In this document: positions 18,700-27,050 of the stretch, in pieces
Position numbering within the stretch: position 1 is the stretch's first letter
How the letters are laid out: the number at the start of each line of letters is the position of its first letter
IMG/VR virus record: IMGVR_UViG_3300040816_000831
Origin: a virus
Reading direction: 5' to 3' (one strand)
Length of the DNA: 64,000 nucleotides
Position numbers and translations under genes: made by a program
Notes under the pieces: generated by a model
Databases searched by the model: none
What the model saw: the letters and a program-made list of their open reading frames with translations, nothing else
Told to the model about the DNA's origin: nothing

Positions 18700-19366
18700 G
18701 GTCAAAGTGCCTCTCATACACATGTAAGTTTTGTACTTGCCAATAAATTTTACCACCACTTTTAAGTGGATGACCATTATAGTATAAATCTTTTTCTAGT
18801 TTTTCTAATACGTATTTTTGCCAAGCGTAATCATTTCGATAACCATATACAACGTCATTACTTCTCATTTGAACTACACAATGTAATTGTTCATCTCTTA
18901 TATAATATGTAACAGCATTTGTACAAATAAAATCATTCTTACCATCTTCTTTAAATTCGCGCCAGATACTTGGTCTTTGATATACCATTGAAGCTCTACG
19001 AGAATCTGGATTAATTTCACTTAGTTCTTTTACTACTTGATTATATTGTCTATGAAATTTTTTACTGAATATAAGATGACCATAATTAGAATTGATTTCA
19101 CCATAATCATTTGCAGAATATTCCCATGCTGCTGGCGACTTACCATATATTTCAGCAAGTTTATTAATATTAGTTGACCTAGAATTATACCATTCTATTT
19201 CAGCATCAATATATTCTTGATTGGGTTTACCAAAAATTGATGGCTTATCTGCTAGAAAAGACGCAGCAAATATTTCGATTGTTTTACAACCAGTCTTATC
19301 ATCGGTAAACTCTTTGTTTTTAAGTTTATCGATAAACGTATTTGCGATATCTTTAGTCTTCAACAT
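18689..19366 (-). CDS. gp42: dCMP hydroxymethylase (gp42-like, thymidylate synthase fold)
   Basis: DFICTN, MRSNDVVYGYRNDYAWQKYVL and LHVY closely match T4 gp42, including the dCMP-specifying Asp. Confidence 0.85.
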   Translation of the reverse strand: MLKTKDIANTFIDKLKNKEFTDDKTGCKTIEIFAASFLADKPSIFGKPNQEYIDAEIEWYNSRSTNINKLAEIYGKSPAAWEYSANDYGEINSNYGHLIFSKKFHRQYNQVVKELSEINPDSRRASMVYQRPSIWREFKEDGKNDFICTNAVTYYIRDEQLHCVVQMRSNDVVYGYRNDYAWQKYVLEKLEKDLYYNGHPLKSGGKIYWQVQNLHVYERHFDLVK

Positions 19367-19682
19367 TACTTACCTTTTTGTTGAACATATCTCTTGTTGG
19401 GTCTTGGCCTTCCATTTTACCTCGAGCATAAGCAACAGCAAAAGAACAATAGTTAATCATATCTTTATAAGTATCTTCAATACTTTCGAAGTTTGGGTCA
19501 TCGGCTGATTCAAGCAATGAAGTTGCTCTCATCATTTTACCAAGAATAATATCATGAATCGTATCAATGCCACGTCTATAATGCATGGCTTGGACTACTG
19601 TTGATTCAGAACTTTGATAGTCTTGGGATTTTTTAGTTTGTAGTTCTGCGCATTCTTGCAGGACTCTTAAGCTTTCTTTCAT
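19353..19682 (-). CDS. Nucleotide-modification-associated domain 1 (DUF1599/MazG-like)
   Basis: KKSQDY...K..R...ESIEDT..D..NY pattern. Confidence 0.7.
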   Translation of the reverse strand: MKESLRVLQECAELQTKKSQDYQSSESTVVQAMHYRRGIDTIHDIILGKMMRATSLLESADDPNFESIEDTYKDMINYCSFAVAYARGKMEGQDPTRDMFNKKVSNVED

Positions 19683-19711
19683 AATGTCTCCATAATTAAT
19701 TAGATATATCT

Positions 19712-19740
19712 ATTATATCATACTTTTGGTTAAATGTAAA
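19712..19740 (-). promoter_or_regulatory. Early promoter heading the nucleotide-modification operon
   Basis: TTTACA-N17-TATAAT. Confidence 0.8.
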
Positions 19741-19747
19741 CTGTTTT

Positions 19748-20170
19748 TTAATATATTTTACTACTTGTAAATTTTCGTAGTTCATCACCTTTACCTTTAA
19801 AGGTTGTTATCATTTTCATTTTACTTATTGGCCAACCACACATTACTCTTCCATCGCGTGTAGTTATTTCTTTTGTATCATTTCTATCAATACACTCCCA
19901 TAATATTGCATCAGGGGAGTTATCATATTCAACAAAGAAAAGACGGTCTACTGATTTACATTTTGGTACTTGATTTTTCCAAGCTGTATTTACAGTAAAG
20001 TAACCAAAGGGATGTCTATTTTGGCATTTAACTTCTGCTGTTTCATCAAGTATCATACCATCTTTTTTGCTATCATATTTGTCAGTACTTTGTTCACCAC
20101 TAAAGTAATCAAAAACTAATTGTTCGGCTAAAAAGCCCATCTTTTCTTTATTTGTTTTATATGTATTCAT
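19748..20170 (-). CDS. Small PD-(D/E)XK nuclease-like protein
   Basis: GFLAE...KDG...EVK. Confidence 0.55.
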   Translation of the reverse strand: MNTYKTNKEKMGFLAEQLVFDYFSGEQSTDKYDSKKDGMILDETAEVKCQNRHPFGYFTVNTAWKNQVPKCKSVDRLFFVEYDNSPDAILWECIDRNDTKEITTRDGRVMCGWPISKMKMITTFKGKGDELRKFTSSKIY

Positions 20171-20601
20171 TATCTACTAAGAGATTTATTGTATATAATA
20201 CCTTCTGATATTAATACTTCTCTATTCCACATGTGTCCTTTTTCAGTGTCATCTTTTGACTGACCAAAATAAGGAACTGCATGACAATCTTTTATCATTT
20301 GTTGATTAACACTAAAATTAGAATTACCTATAAAAAGTTCACCAAGTATTCTGCCAAACTTTCCTTTATCATGAGATTGTAATTGAACCTCTTGGTCTTT
20401 TAGTATTTTCTTTAAGTGAGCTTTTGAAGCTAAGCCATAAAACTTTTCTTCTAAATCTCTAGTTCTAGATTCTGGAGTATCAATACCCATCATTCTAACT
20501 CTTTGTTTTTTGTAGACCATTCCAAATCCTAAATCGATATCTACATCAACTGTATCTCCATCTACGACTCTTGTGACCTTTACGTTATATCTATAGCTCA
20601 T
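20170..20601 (-). CDS. Thermonuclease (SNase) family nuclease
   Basis: VVDGDT, RMMGIDTPE, GKFGRIL. Confidence 0.9.
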   Translation of the reverse strand: MSYRYNVKVTRVVDGDTVDVDIDLGFGMVYKKQRVRMMGIDTPESRTRDLEEKFYGLASKAHLKKILKDQEVQLQSHDKGKFGRILGELFIGNSNFSVNQQMIKDCHAVPYFGQSKDDTEKGHMWNREVLISEGIIYNKSLSR

Positions 20602-20864
20602 TAGTCTTCTCCTATTACTGCTTTAATGTGGTCAGCGTCTATAATAACAGCTGCGTTACCATCAACATTTACTGCCATTGACTTTGACCAATCTAAAAAG
20701 ACTCTTTGTCCTGTCATGACTTTATCTAAAGCTCCAGTACTAACTGCTAAAACTAATCCTGGTTTACTTGCGTTGTCAATATTTTCAGTAAGTATAATAC
20801 CACCGGCCGATTGACTTTCTTTTTGTACTTCTGTTACGAGTACGTTGTTTCCTAACATTTTCAT
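20601..20864 (-). CDS. GroES-like co-chaperonin
   Basis: LGNNVLV...SAGGIIL...GLVLAV. Confidence 0.8.
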   Translation of the reverse strand: MKMLGNNVLVTEVQKESQSAGGIILTENIDNASKPGLVLAVSTGALDKVMTGQRVFLDWSKSMAVNVDGNAAVIIDADHIKAVIGED

Positions 20865-20874
20865 AATATCTCTC

Positions 20875-21387
20875 CTATTTGTAGAATATGTGGTTATTTA
20901 TTATAACAGTTTGATTGAGCGAATCTGCCCAATAAGGAAGGACTCTATCATTGTGATAATGTGTTGACCCCTCTGTAATATCCGGATATGCTCCTTGTAT
21001 GACATCTCTTGCTATGTGTAATGATTTAAGCCATGTTGGACTATCTTCTGGGTCGTCTGATTTGCCATCACAAAACCAACTAAATTGGCATTGATTACGC
21101 ATAGGAATCATTTCGCCTAACCAGTTTTCTTTCCACTTAGCTTGGTAAATAACTCCACAAACATCCGTTGGATAATTTGGATGTTTTGTTCTATTTAGAA
21201 CAACATGAGCAACAGCTACTTTTCCAGCTAATGGTTGATTACCAGCTTCAAAGTAAATGTTTTGAGCCATACAATAAATATCATTGTTGGCGTCTGAAGC
21301 TTCAACCTTTGGAACAGCAAACATTACTGCACCTAGCATGAAACCAAATAACATTCCATATAGAAATGCTTTATATTCATCTGTCAT
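20875..21387 (-). CDS. Cell wall hydrolase (SleB/Hydrolase_2) with N-terminal signal or TM segment
   Basis: CMAQNIYFEA, VLNR, CQFSW, THYH, HIFY. Confidence 0.9.
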   Translation of the reverse strand: MTDEYKAFLYGMLFGFMLGAVMFAVPKVEASDANNDIYCMAQNIYFEAGNQPLAGKVAVAHVVLNRTKHPNYPTDVCGVIYQAKWKENWLGEMIPMRNQCQFSWFCDGKSDDPEDSPTWLKSLHIARDVIQGAYPDITEGSTHYHNDRVLPYWADSLNQTVIINNHIFYK

Positions 21388-22301
21388 ATATTATTTTTAA
21401 ACACGAATTCAATAGCTCGTGCTGCCTCCTTTTCTAAATCTCTTTTATTATACCACCCACCAGTATCAGTATCTAAATCTCTACAGATATATTCGATTTC
21501 TTTTGGTGTAATTGGATAACCTTTACTATGAGCATTACCAGCAGTTGTTAACATGATTTGATACATTTTTGCATACCAACCAGTTCCACTGATACCTTTA
21601 TATTCGTCAACTTGTTTTTTATTAACAAAAGGACAATCACGATATGATGTCCACGTATAATTTGTATTGTTCAATTCATTTCTTTTTCTTTCAAGTAACG
21701 CTTTTTGTATTGCTTCTGGAAAACGATCGAACATTGTTTGATTAGGTTTAACGTATGGATATTGTTCCATAAGTTTATGTGGGTTCATAATATCTCCATC
21801 GTGAGAAAATATGAAATTAAAACTGTTTTTGTATTTAGCAGGAACATAATACATTCTGCTTAAGTCTTTGGTTTGAGCATCAGCAATATCGCCAATCTCT
21901 TTGTTTAAAGCATACCAAAAATGCTTAATGTCTTCTTTATCAACGAATTCTGTTAATGGAAAGACGAGTCTAAACTTTGGTGATTCAACTGTAGATGATG
22001 CTGTTGAATAACATACATAACGATACTTATCATACTTTGATTCAATATCTTTCATATCGCCTTCATAATCATCAATATCAAGAATACCAAAGCCGGCCCA
22101 ACCAACAACATTATCATTTGCACGAGTAGTACTAGTTTGATATATTGCTGGACTTAAAAGCGGAGCATCTTTCTTTGTAGGATATTTAGTCGACTCAGAA
22201 AGCTTATAGAGAATAGCCTCGAACTCGTCGAAACTATTATAATCCATACGCTTATCTGTTTTGTTATCGTATATATTATCGAATATTGTGCAACTTACCA
22301 T
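21384..22301 (-). CDS. AEP-superfamily primase/polymerase-like protein
   Basis: ILDIDD, YSTAS..SPKFRLVFPL, D...KD.SRMYYVP; PriCT-like C-terminus. Confidence 0.65.
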   Translation of the reverse strand: MVSCTIFDNIYDNKTDKRMDYNSFDEFEAILYKLSESTKYPTKKDAPLLSPAIYQTSTTRANDNVVGWAGFGILDIDDYEGDMKDIESKYDKYRYVCYSTASSTVESPKFRLVFPLTEFVDKEDIKHFWYALNKEIGDIADAQTKDLSRMYYVPAKYKNSFNFIFSHDGDIMNPHKLMEQYPYVKPNQTMFDRFPEAIQKALLERKRNELNNTNYTWTSYRDCPFVNKKQVDEYKGISGTGWYAKMYQIMLTTAGNAHSKGYPITPKEIEYICRDLDTDTGGWYNKRDLEKEAARAIEFVFKNNI

Positions 22302-22689
22302 GATTTCCTTCGTGACTTGGTCCTTCCCAACCTTCTGGTTTGATTAGGTCTGGTAATCCTAGTGGATTAGGTCTTTCAGGTTTTACTCCTACTGTTTTAT
22401 TTAAGTTTGCTTTTAGAACTTCATCCCAAGCTTTATATGGGTCAATACCAAATGCATCAAGTGTTCCAATAGCAACAACACATATATCGATTAAACCATC
22501 GACAATTTCTTCTGCATCGTTATTGGTTAATGCTGCTTCAGTTTCCATAAGTTCTTCTCTTATAAATTTGATTCTAAATCCAAGATAAGCACGTAGCTTT
22601 TCAGCGTTGTCTTTATTATCATGAATCCATTTATGAACTCCATACTTATACTGCATGTCTTGAATATCTTTTATCCAGTTTTGGCTCAT
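22276..22689 (-). CDS. MazG-like NTP pyrophosphohydrolase
   Basis: EELME...EIVDGLID, ANLNK, LIKPEGW. Confidence 0.8.
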   Translation of the reverse strand: MSQNWIKDIQDMQYKYGVHKWIHDNKDNAEKLRAYLGFRIKFIREELMETEAALTNNDAEEIVDGLIDICVVAIGTLDAFGIDPYKAWDEVLKANLNKTVGVKPERPNPLGLPDLIKPEGWEGPSHEGNHGKLHNIR

Positions 22690-22973
22690 GTTATGATTCC
22701 TGATTTTGCTGTTACGATTCCACTATCCATTTGTCTTACCTGATCGACTAATTCATCGACTGGATCGACCATGAATACAACAAAGTTTTTAGGAATAGTG
22801 ATTCCTTCTTTTGCTTTTGTATAAGCCATGAAAGGCATAAATCCAATTTTGCCTTCTCCAGCTGGTATTAAAGAATAGCCATCGGTAATAGTAATGTCAC
22901 TGCCATTATCTACTACTTTGCCAATTACTTCCTCTCCTGAGGATAATCTTACTAGTTTCATATTTTTCTCCAT
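22686..22973 (-). CDS. Small Sm/SH3-like conserved T4-type protein
   Basis: LVRLSSGEEVIG motif. Confidence 0.6.
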   Translation of the reverse strand: MEKNMKLVRLSSGEEVIGKVVDNGSDITITDGYSLIPAGEGKIGFMPFMAYTKAKEGITIPKNFVVFMVDPVDELVDQVRQMDSGIVTAKSGIIT

Positions 22974-22981
22974 AGGTATAT

Positions 22982-23010
22982 ATTATACCATACTTTTAGT
23001 AGTTTGTAAA
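22982..23010 (-). promoter_or_regulatory. Early promoter
   Basis: TTTACA-N17-TATAAT. Confidence 0.8.
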
Positions 23011-23013
23011 CGA

Positions 23014-23586
23014 TTAATCCCAATTAATTGCAGGTATTTGTCCATAAAATCCTTGAGTTGCTTTTAATTGAGTAGGAAAATATTTAGAAAGCTTCTCAAT
23101 ATCTCCATGATCGTAATTTAATTTAGGCAATCTTGCCTCTTTCTTTTGAACTATAACAGATACATCATATCCATAAGTTCTCACAGCTGCATCTGAACAG
23201 TCAAATCCAGCTAATATAAGATTATATAATAATAATCCTGCATTCCATAATGAAACATGTCCACCAACAATATTGTGTCTAAGTGGTGGAACAGATATTG
23301 CAAGAATTCCATTTGTATCTATAAGATGAAATATCTTACTTAAAAAATGATGTACATTCAATTGATGTTCAAGTGTATGTGCACACCAAACACAATCAAA
23401 ATTTCTATCAAAGTCGATTGTATTAAAATCACCTTGATAATCTGATTCGAGTATATCTGTTGTATAAACTTTTTTACCTCTTTCTTTAAACATATTAGAA
23501 AACTTTCCATCACCTGCGCCAACATCAAGTACTGAATTAAATTGAAAATCTGTTACTAACTTTTCAAAGGTGAGTAAACTTCTCAT
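23014..23586 (-). CDS. Class I SAM-dependent methyltransferase (start revised to MRSLL)
   Basis: VLDVGAGDG, FDCVW.AHTLEH; ATGA overlap with the gp43 stop. Confidence 0.85.
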   Translation of the reverse strand: MRSLLTFEKLVTDFQFNSVLDVGAGDGKFSNMFKERGKKVYTTDILESDYQGDFNTIDFDRNFDCVWCAHTLEHQLNVHHFLSKIFHLIDTNGILAISVPPLRHNIVGGHVSLWNAGLLLYNLILAGFDCSDAAVRTYGYDVSVIVQKKEARLPKLNYDHGDIEKLSKYFPTQLKATQGFYGQIPAINWD

Positions 23587-26114
23587 CCGAAAAAATCCTC
23601 CAGGCTTGCAACTTCTTTCGAAGTCCAACCTACTGCTTCCAAGACCGGTTCAATAGGATCGAGGAATGTTTTTTGAAACTGTGTTTCATGGTCGATGTAT
23701 TTTCTTAAGCCAAACTCATCTGGAAGATAAGATGGGAAAGCAATTACATTTTCATGAATTGAATTTGGTTGACGAAGATATATGAACTTAATCTTTTCGC
23801 CATTGTTTATAAGTTCGTATTTCTTTTTAAGCTGATTGTCTTCAATTAGTTTATTGTAAAGAATAGCTCCACGAACATGTATAGGCGTTCCTTTTTTATA
23901 GAGGGTATTTCTATCTTGGAACTTTTTAACTTGAGTCACTCCGCGCGGAAATGCAATCTGGTCAGGTTCAAGAGTTTTGAAATAGTTCTTAAACTGTTCG
24001 ATAGCTTGTTGAACTGTATTTTCATCTTCTTTCATTATGACTTTGAATATATTTTTAAGAGCATCACGACATGGTTCAGGTGTAGAAGACTTAATTGCTT
24101 CAATACCCATAATCTTAAGCTTTGGCTCGGCATATCTCACGCCTTCGTTATCATGTACATTCATAATATATCTTTTCTTTGCAGTCCAAAGCGCACGGTC
24201 AGCGATTGCTTCACGTTTCATAACCATACGATTATCTACTCCACCAAGATACTTATACAATTGCTCATAAGACTTTTCAAGCTCTGGTTCAAGCGCTTCA
24301 CTAGCAACTTTATCTAGAAAGTCGATTGTATTTTCAGGTTTGAATTTTTGTACAAAGTCGTTTAAGCATACATACAGCGAGTCTGTGTCGATAGCAATAA
24401 CATAGTCTTTCCATTTTTCAGGTTTGAGCACTCTATTGAGATAGGTGTTAAGCGAATATTCGGCCCATCGAATTGTAAGTTGTCCGGTGAGGGTAATTGC
24501 TTCTGCGATTCTCTGGTCAAAGAATCGAAAATAGCGATTGCCAAGAGCGCCATACAAACTGTTAAGAAGAATCTTAATAGCCATTTGTCTGTTTTCGGCA
24601 ATTGCAATATCTCTTTCAATTTGATATAATTTTTGTTTGTCATTTTTATCTACCTTTTCTTTTTCTTTTTGAGCGTTAATCATTTCTTGTTTAATACCAA
24701 CACGCTCTTTATACATCTCATCGATAATGAATGGTATTATACCTGGCTTATCTACATTAAAATATTGTCCATTAGCTGCAAGAGCTTTACCTTTATTAGG
24801 AGCGATACGATGTTCGCTTATAGCACTATCAATATCGAATTGAGCAATCTCTCCATTAGCAATCGTTTCAGGCGACATATTGTATTGCATAATGATTGAT
24901 GGATAGAGAGAGTTTAAGTCAAAAGAAACAACGTTATCATGTATTCCTACTTGTGGGTCTTTAACAAAGCCACCTGGATAGTTAGACTTTACTTTATCTT
25001 CAACGAAAGGTATAGCAATATTGTTTGCAAATAATCTGCGATAGATAATCGTATCCCATATCATTGTAGTACCGAATGTATCGTTATAGTTAACGCCAGC
25101 TTTATATGCCATTGTCATACAAAGAGTAATCAATCCAAGCTTATCTTCGATTTTGTCGACAAGCTCAACGTCTTTGATATTATAGTCAATAAACTTTTGG
25201 TGATTATGCTTGTAAAGAGTATGAAGATTCGAATACTCATCATAAGATAGTTTCTTTTCTCCTAACACGACATGAGCAATGTTATCAAGTTTATAAGATT
25301 CTTGTGGTCCATAAGAATAACCAAACTTCTTAAATAGGTCGAGGTAATCAAGTTGAGATATACCTTTAAGTTCATAAGCAGTTTGAGTCCTTCCCATCTT
25401 AGTTACGTCTTGTCTATCAATCATTCCCCAAGGACTGAGTCTTTTTACGTAAGCTTCTCCAAGCATACGATTGATTCTATTCACAAGGTATGGAATATCA
25501 AAGAACCTTGAATTCCAGCCAGTCACGACATCAGGACAATATTGTTGAGATGACCAATGAGTAATAAAATTAATAAGCAAGTCATCTTCACGGTCAAACT
25601 TACGATATACTACCATGTGGTCTTTCATATAAGATTTGTCAGTATCATAATCACCTAAGCCCCAGACATAATAAGTATTGCCAATATTGTTTTTCATACA
25701 AATGGCTGTAATCTTATGGTCGGCTTTTTCAGGCTCAGGGAATCCATCGTCAGAAGCAACTTCAATATCAATTGTTGATACGTTGATTTTGTTTCGATCG
25801 AATTCGATATTACCAGGATAGTAATCATTAATGAATGCTGGAACGTACTTTGTGTTTCCATATATCTTTTTACCAGATACGCCTTTATTAGCTTGAACAT
25901 ACTCGTTAGCAGTTCTCATGGATTCGAACCTTTTGCCAGCATTTGCTACACCTACAGGATTTCCATCAAGCGATTTCCACTTGGTAGGAAGATTGGTAGA
26001 TGTAAAAAGGATTGGTTCGTATTTGACTTTCTTTTCAATTCGTCTTCCGTGGTCATATCCTCGTAAGAGAATCATATTACCATATCGAGACACATTAGTA
26101 TAGAATTTCATCAT
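23583..26114 (-). CDS. gp43: Family B DNA polymerase
   Basis: DIE exo I, FDLNSLYPS, KILLNSLYG, DTDS, KKRY; C-terminal SLEDFFG clamp peptide. Confidence 0.98.
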   Translation of the reverse strand: MMKFYTNVSRYGNMILLRGYDHGRRIEKKVKYEPILFTSTNLPTKWKSLDGNPVGVANAGKRFESMRTANEYVQANKGVSGKKIYGNTKYVPAFINDYYPGNIEFDRNKINVSTIDIEVASDDGFPEPEKADHKITAICMKNNIGNTYYVWGLGDYDTDKSYMKDHMVVYRKFDREDDLLINFITHWSSQQYCPDVVTGWNSRFFDIPYLVNRINRMLGEAYVKRLSPWGMIDRQDVTKMGRTQTAYELKGISQLDYLDLFKKFGYSYGPQESYKLDNIAHVVLGEKKLSYDEYSNLHTLYKHNHQKFIDYNIKDVELVDKIEDKLGLITLCMTMAYKAGVNYNDTFGTTMIWDTIIYRRLFANNIAIPFVEDKVKSNYPGGFVKDPQVGIHDNVVSFDLNSLYPSIIMQYNMSPETIANGEIAQFDIDSAISEHRIAPNKGKALAANGQYFNVDKPGIIPFIIDEMYKERVGIKQEMINAQKEKEKVDKNDKQKLYQIERDIAIAENRQMAIKILLNSLYGALGNRYFRFFDQRIAEAITLTGQLTIRWAEYSLNTYLNRVLKPEKWKDYVIAIDTDSLYVCLNDFVQKFKPENTIDFLDKVASEALEPELEKSYEQLYKYLGGVDNRMVMKREAIADRALWTAKKRYIMNVHDNEGVRYAEPKLKIMGIEAIKSSTPEPCRDALKNIFKVIMKEDENTVQQAIEQFKNYFKTLEPDQIAFPRGVTQVKKFQDRNTLYKKGTPIHVRGAILYNKLIEDNQLKKKYELINNGEKIKFIYLRQPNSIHENVIAFPSYLPDEFGLRKYIDHETQFQKTFLDPIEPVLEAVGWTSKEVASLEDFFG

Positions 26115-26120
26115 ATGTAT

Positions 26121-26149
26121 ATTATACCATAGTTTAGGTTAAATGTAAA
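26121..26149 (-). promoter_or_regulatory. Early promoter for gp43 (probably leaderless)
   Basis: TTTACA-N17-TATAAT, 6 nt from the ATG. Confidence 0.8.
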
Positions 26150-26169
26150 GGTTTATTTTCATTTATTTT

Positions 26170-26200
26170 CAAAAGATTGGGGGTAATTGCTTACCCCCGC
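26170..26200 (-). terminator. Intrinsic terminator
   Basis: GGGGGTAA-GCAA-TTACCCCC stem followed by a U run. Confidence 0.7.
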
Positions 26201-26220
26201 ATGATTTTGTCAATTTGGTC

Positions 26221-26361
26221 TTAAAATCCAGCAGCTTGAGCTATCATTAACGCTGGTGCTAATCCTAAGATTAGTCCTGTTGTTAACAAAGCTATAGTAA
26301 CAGTTTTTAAGGCCTCGGCAACGTCTTCATACTTATCCATAAGATGGATTATATGTTTCAT
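26221..26361 (-). CDS. 46-aa membrane peptide (MKHIIHLMDKYEDVAEALKTVTIALLTTGLILGLAPALMIAQAAGF)
   Basis: Not in the track; GGAG RBS, single hydrophobic helix, terminator downstream. Confidence 0.6.
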   Translation of the reverse strand: MKHIIHLMDKYEDVAEALKTVTIALLTTGLILGLAPALMIAQAAGF

Positions 26362-26418
26362 GTTGTTCTCCAGTAAATAGTTTATTACATATCTACTGAG
26401 TTGTCGCTGCTCGCCAGT

Positions 26419-26874
26419 TTACCCTTTCAAGTATTCTTTCTTCTTTGATGCCCCAGCAGACCCTAATTCGATCTTTCTAGGACGCTTCTCTTCTGGAAGT
26501 TCTACTCTGGCATACACCACTAGTATTCCATCCTTCAAATCAGCACCGTCTATTACAACAAATTCTGAGAGTCGAAATGATTTCTCAAATTTGCGGGACG
26601 ATATACCTTTATATGCGTATTCACGCTCAGCTGGCTCCACCTCTCCTTTGACTTTCAATATGCCATCTTTAAGTTGGATATCAATATCCTTTTCCTTAAA
26701 TCCAGCAATTGCAAGCTCGATGAGAAATTTCTCATCATCGATTTTCACAACGTTATGTGGTGGATAGTTATCAGTTCCAGACCTAGCACTTTGATGAATC
26801 CTTTCTAAGTCTTCAAACAATGTGTCAAATCCGACAAAAAGTGAACGCGGTACGTTCAAAGTATTTCTTACCAT
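26419..26874 (-). CDS. hsp20: Small heat shock protein (IbpA-like Hsp20)
   Basis: NYPPHN, IELAIAGF, YKGISSRKF, ADLKDGIL, PEEKRPRKI. Confidence 0.95.
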   Translation of the reverse strand: MVRNTLNVPRSLFVGFDTLFEDLERIHQSARSGTDNYPPHNVVKIDDEKFLIELAIAGFKEKDIDIQLKDGILKVKGEVEPAEREYAYKGISSRKFEKSFRLSEFVVIDGADLKDGILVVYARVELPEEKRPRKIELGSAGASKKKEYLKG

Positions 26875-26934
26875 TTTTATTTCCTCCTATTAAATAGCAA
26901 GGTTGTGGGAACCGGTCCAATACCGCATTCCTCG
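26875..26934 (-). promoter_or_regulatory. ROSE-like RNA thermometer in the hsp20 5' UTR
   Basis: CCUUGCUAU-uua-AUAGGAGG hairpin with a bulged G opposite the SD, plus an upstream hairpin. Confidence 0.65.
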
Positions 26935-26939
26935 TTATA

Positions 26940-26947
26940 TATTTATA
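26940..26947 (-). promoter_or_regulatory. Late promoter TATAAATA (hsp20)
   Basis: Exact consensus. Confidence 0.75.
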
Positions 26948-27050
26948 CAAGCTTTGTTGCTAGTTTAAATAAATTTTTTATAAGTAGATTTTTACTACTT
27001 TATTTAGTCTGCCTGCTTTCATAAATTTATGAAAATTCTTCCAGGCCTTT

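Noticed and set aside
18689-19366. Ordinary thymidylate synthase
   Set aside because: Sequence matches T4 gp42 and has Asp, not Asn, at the specificity position
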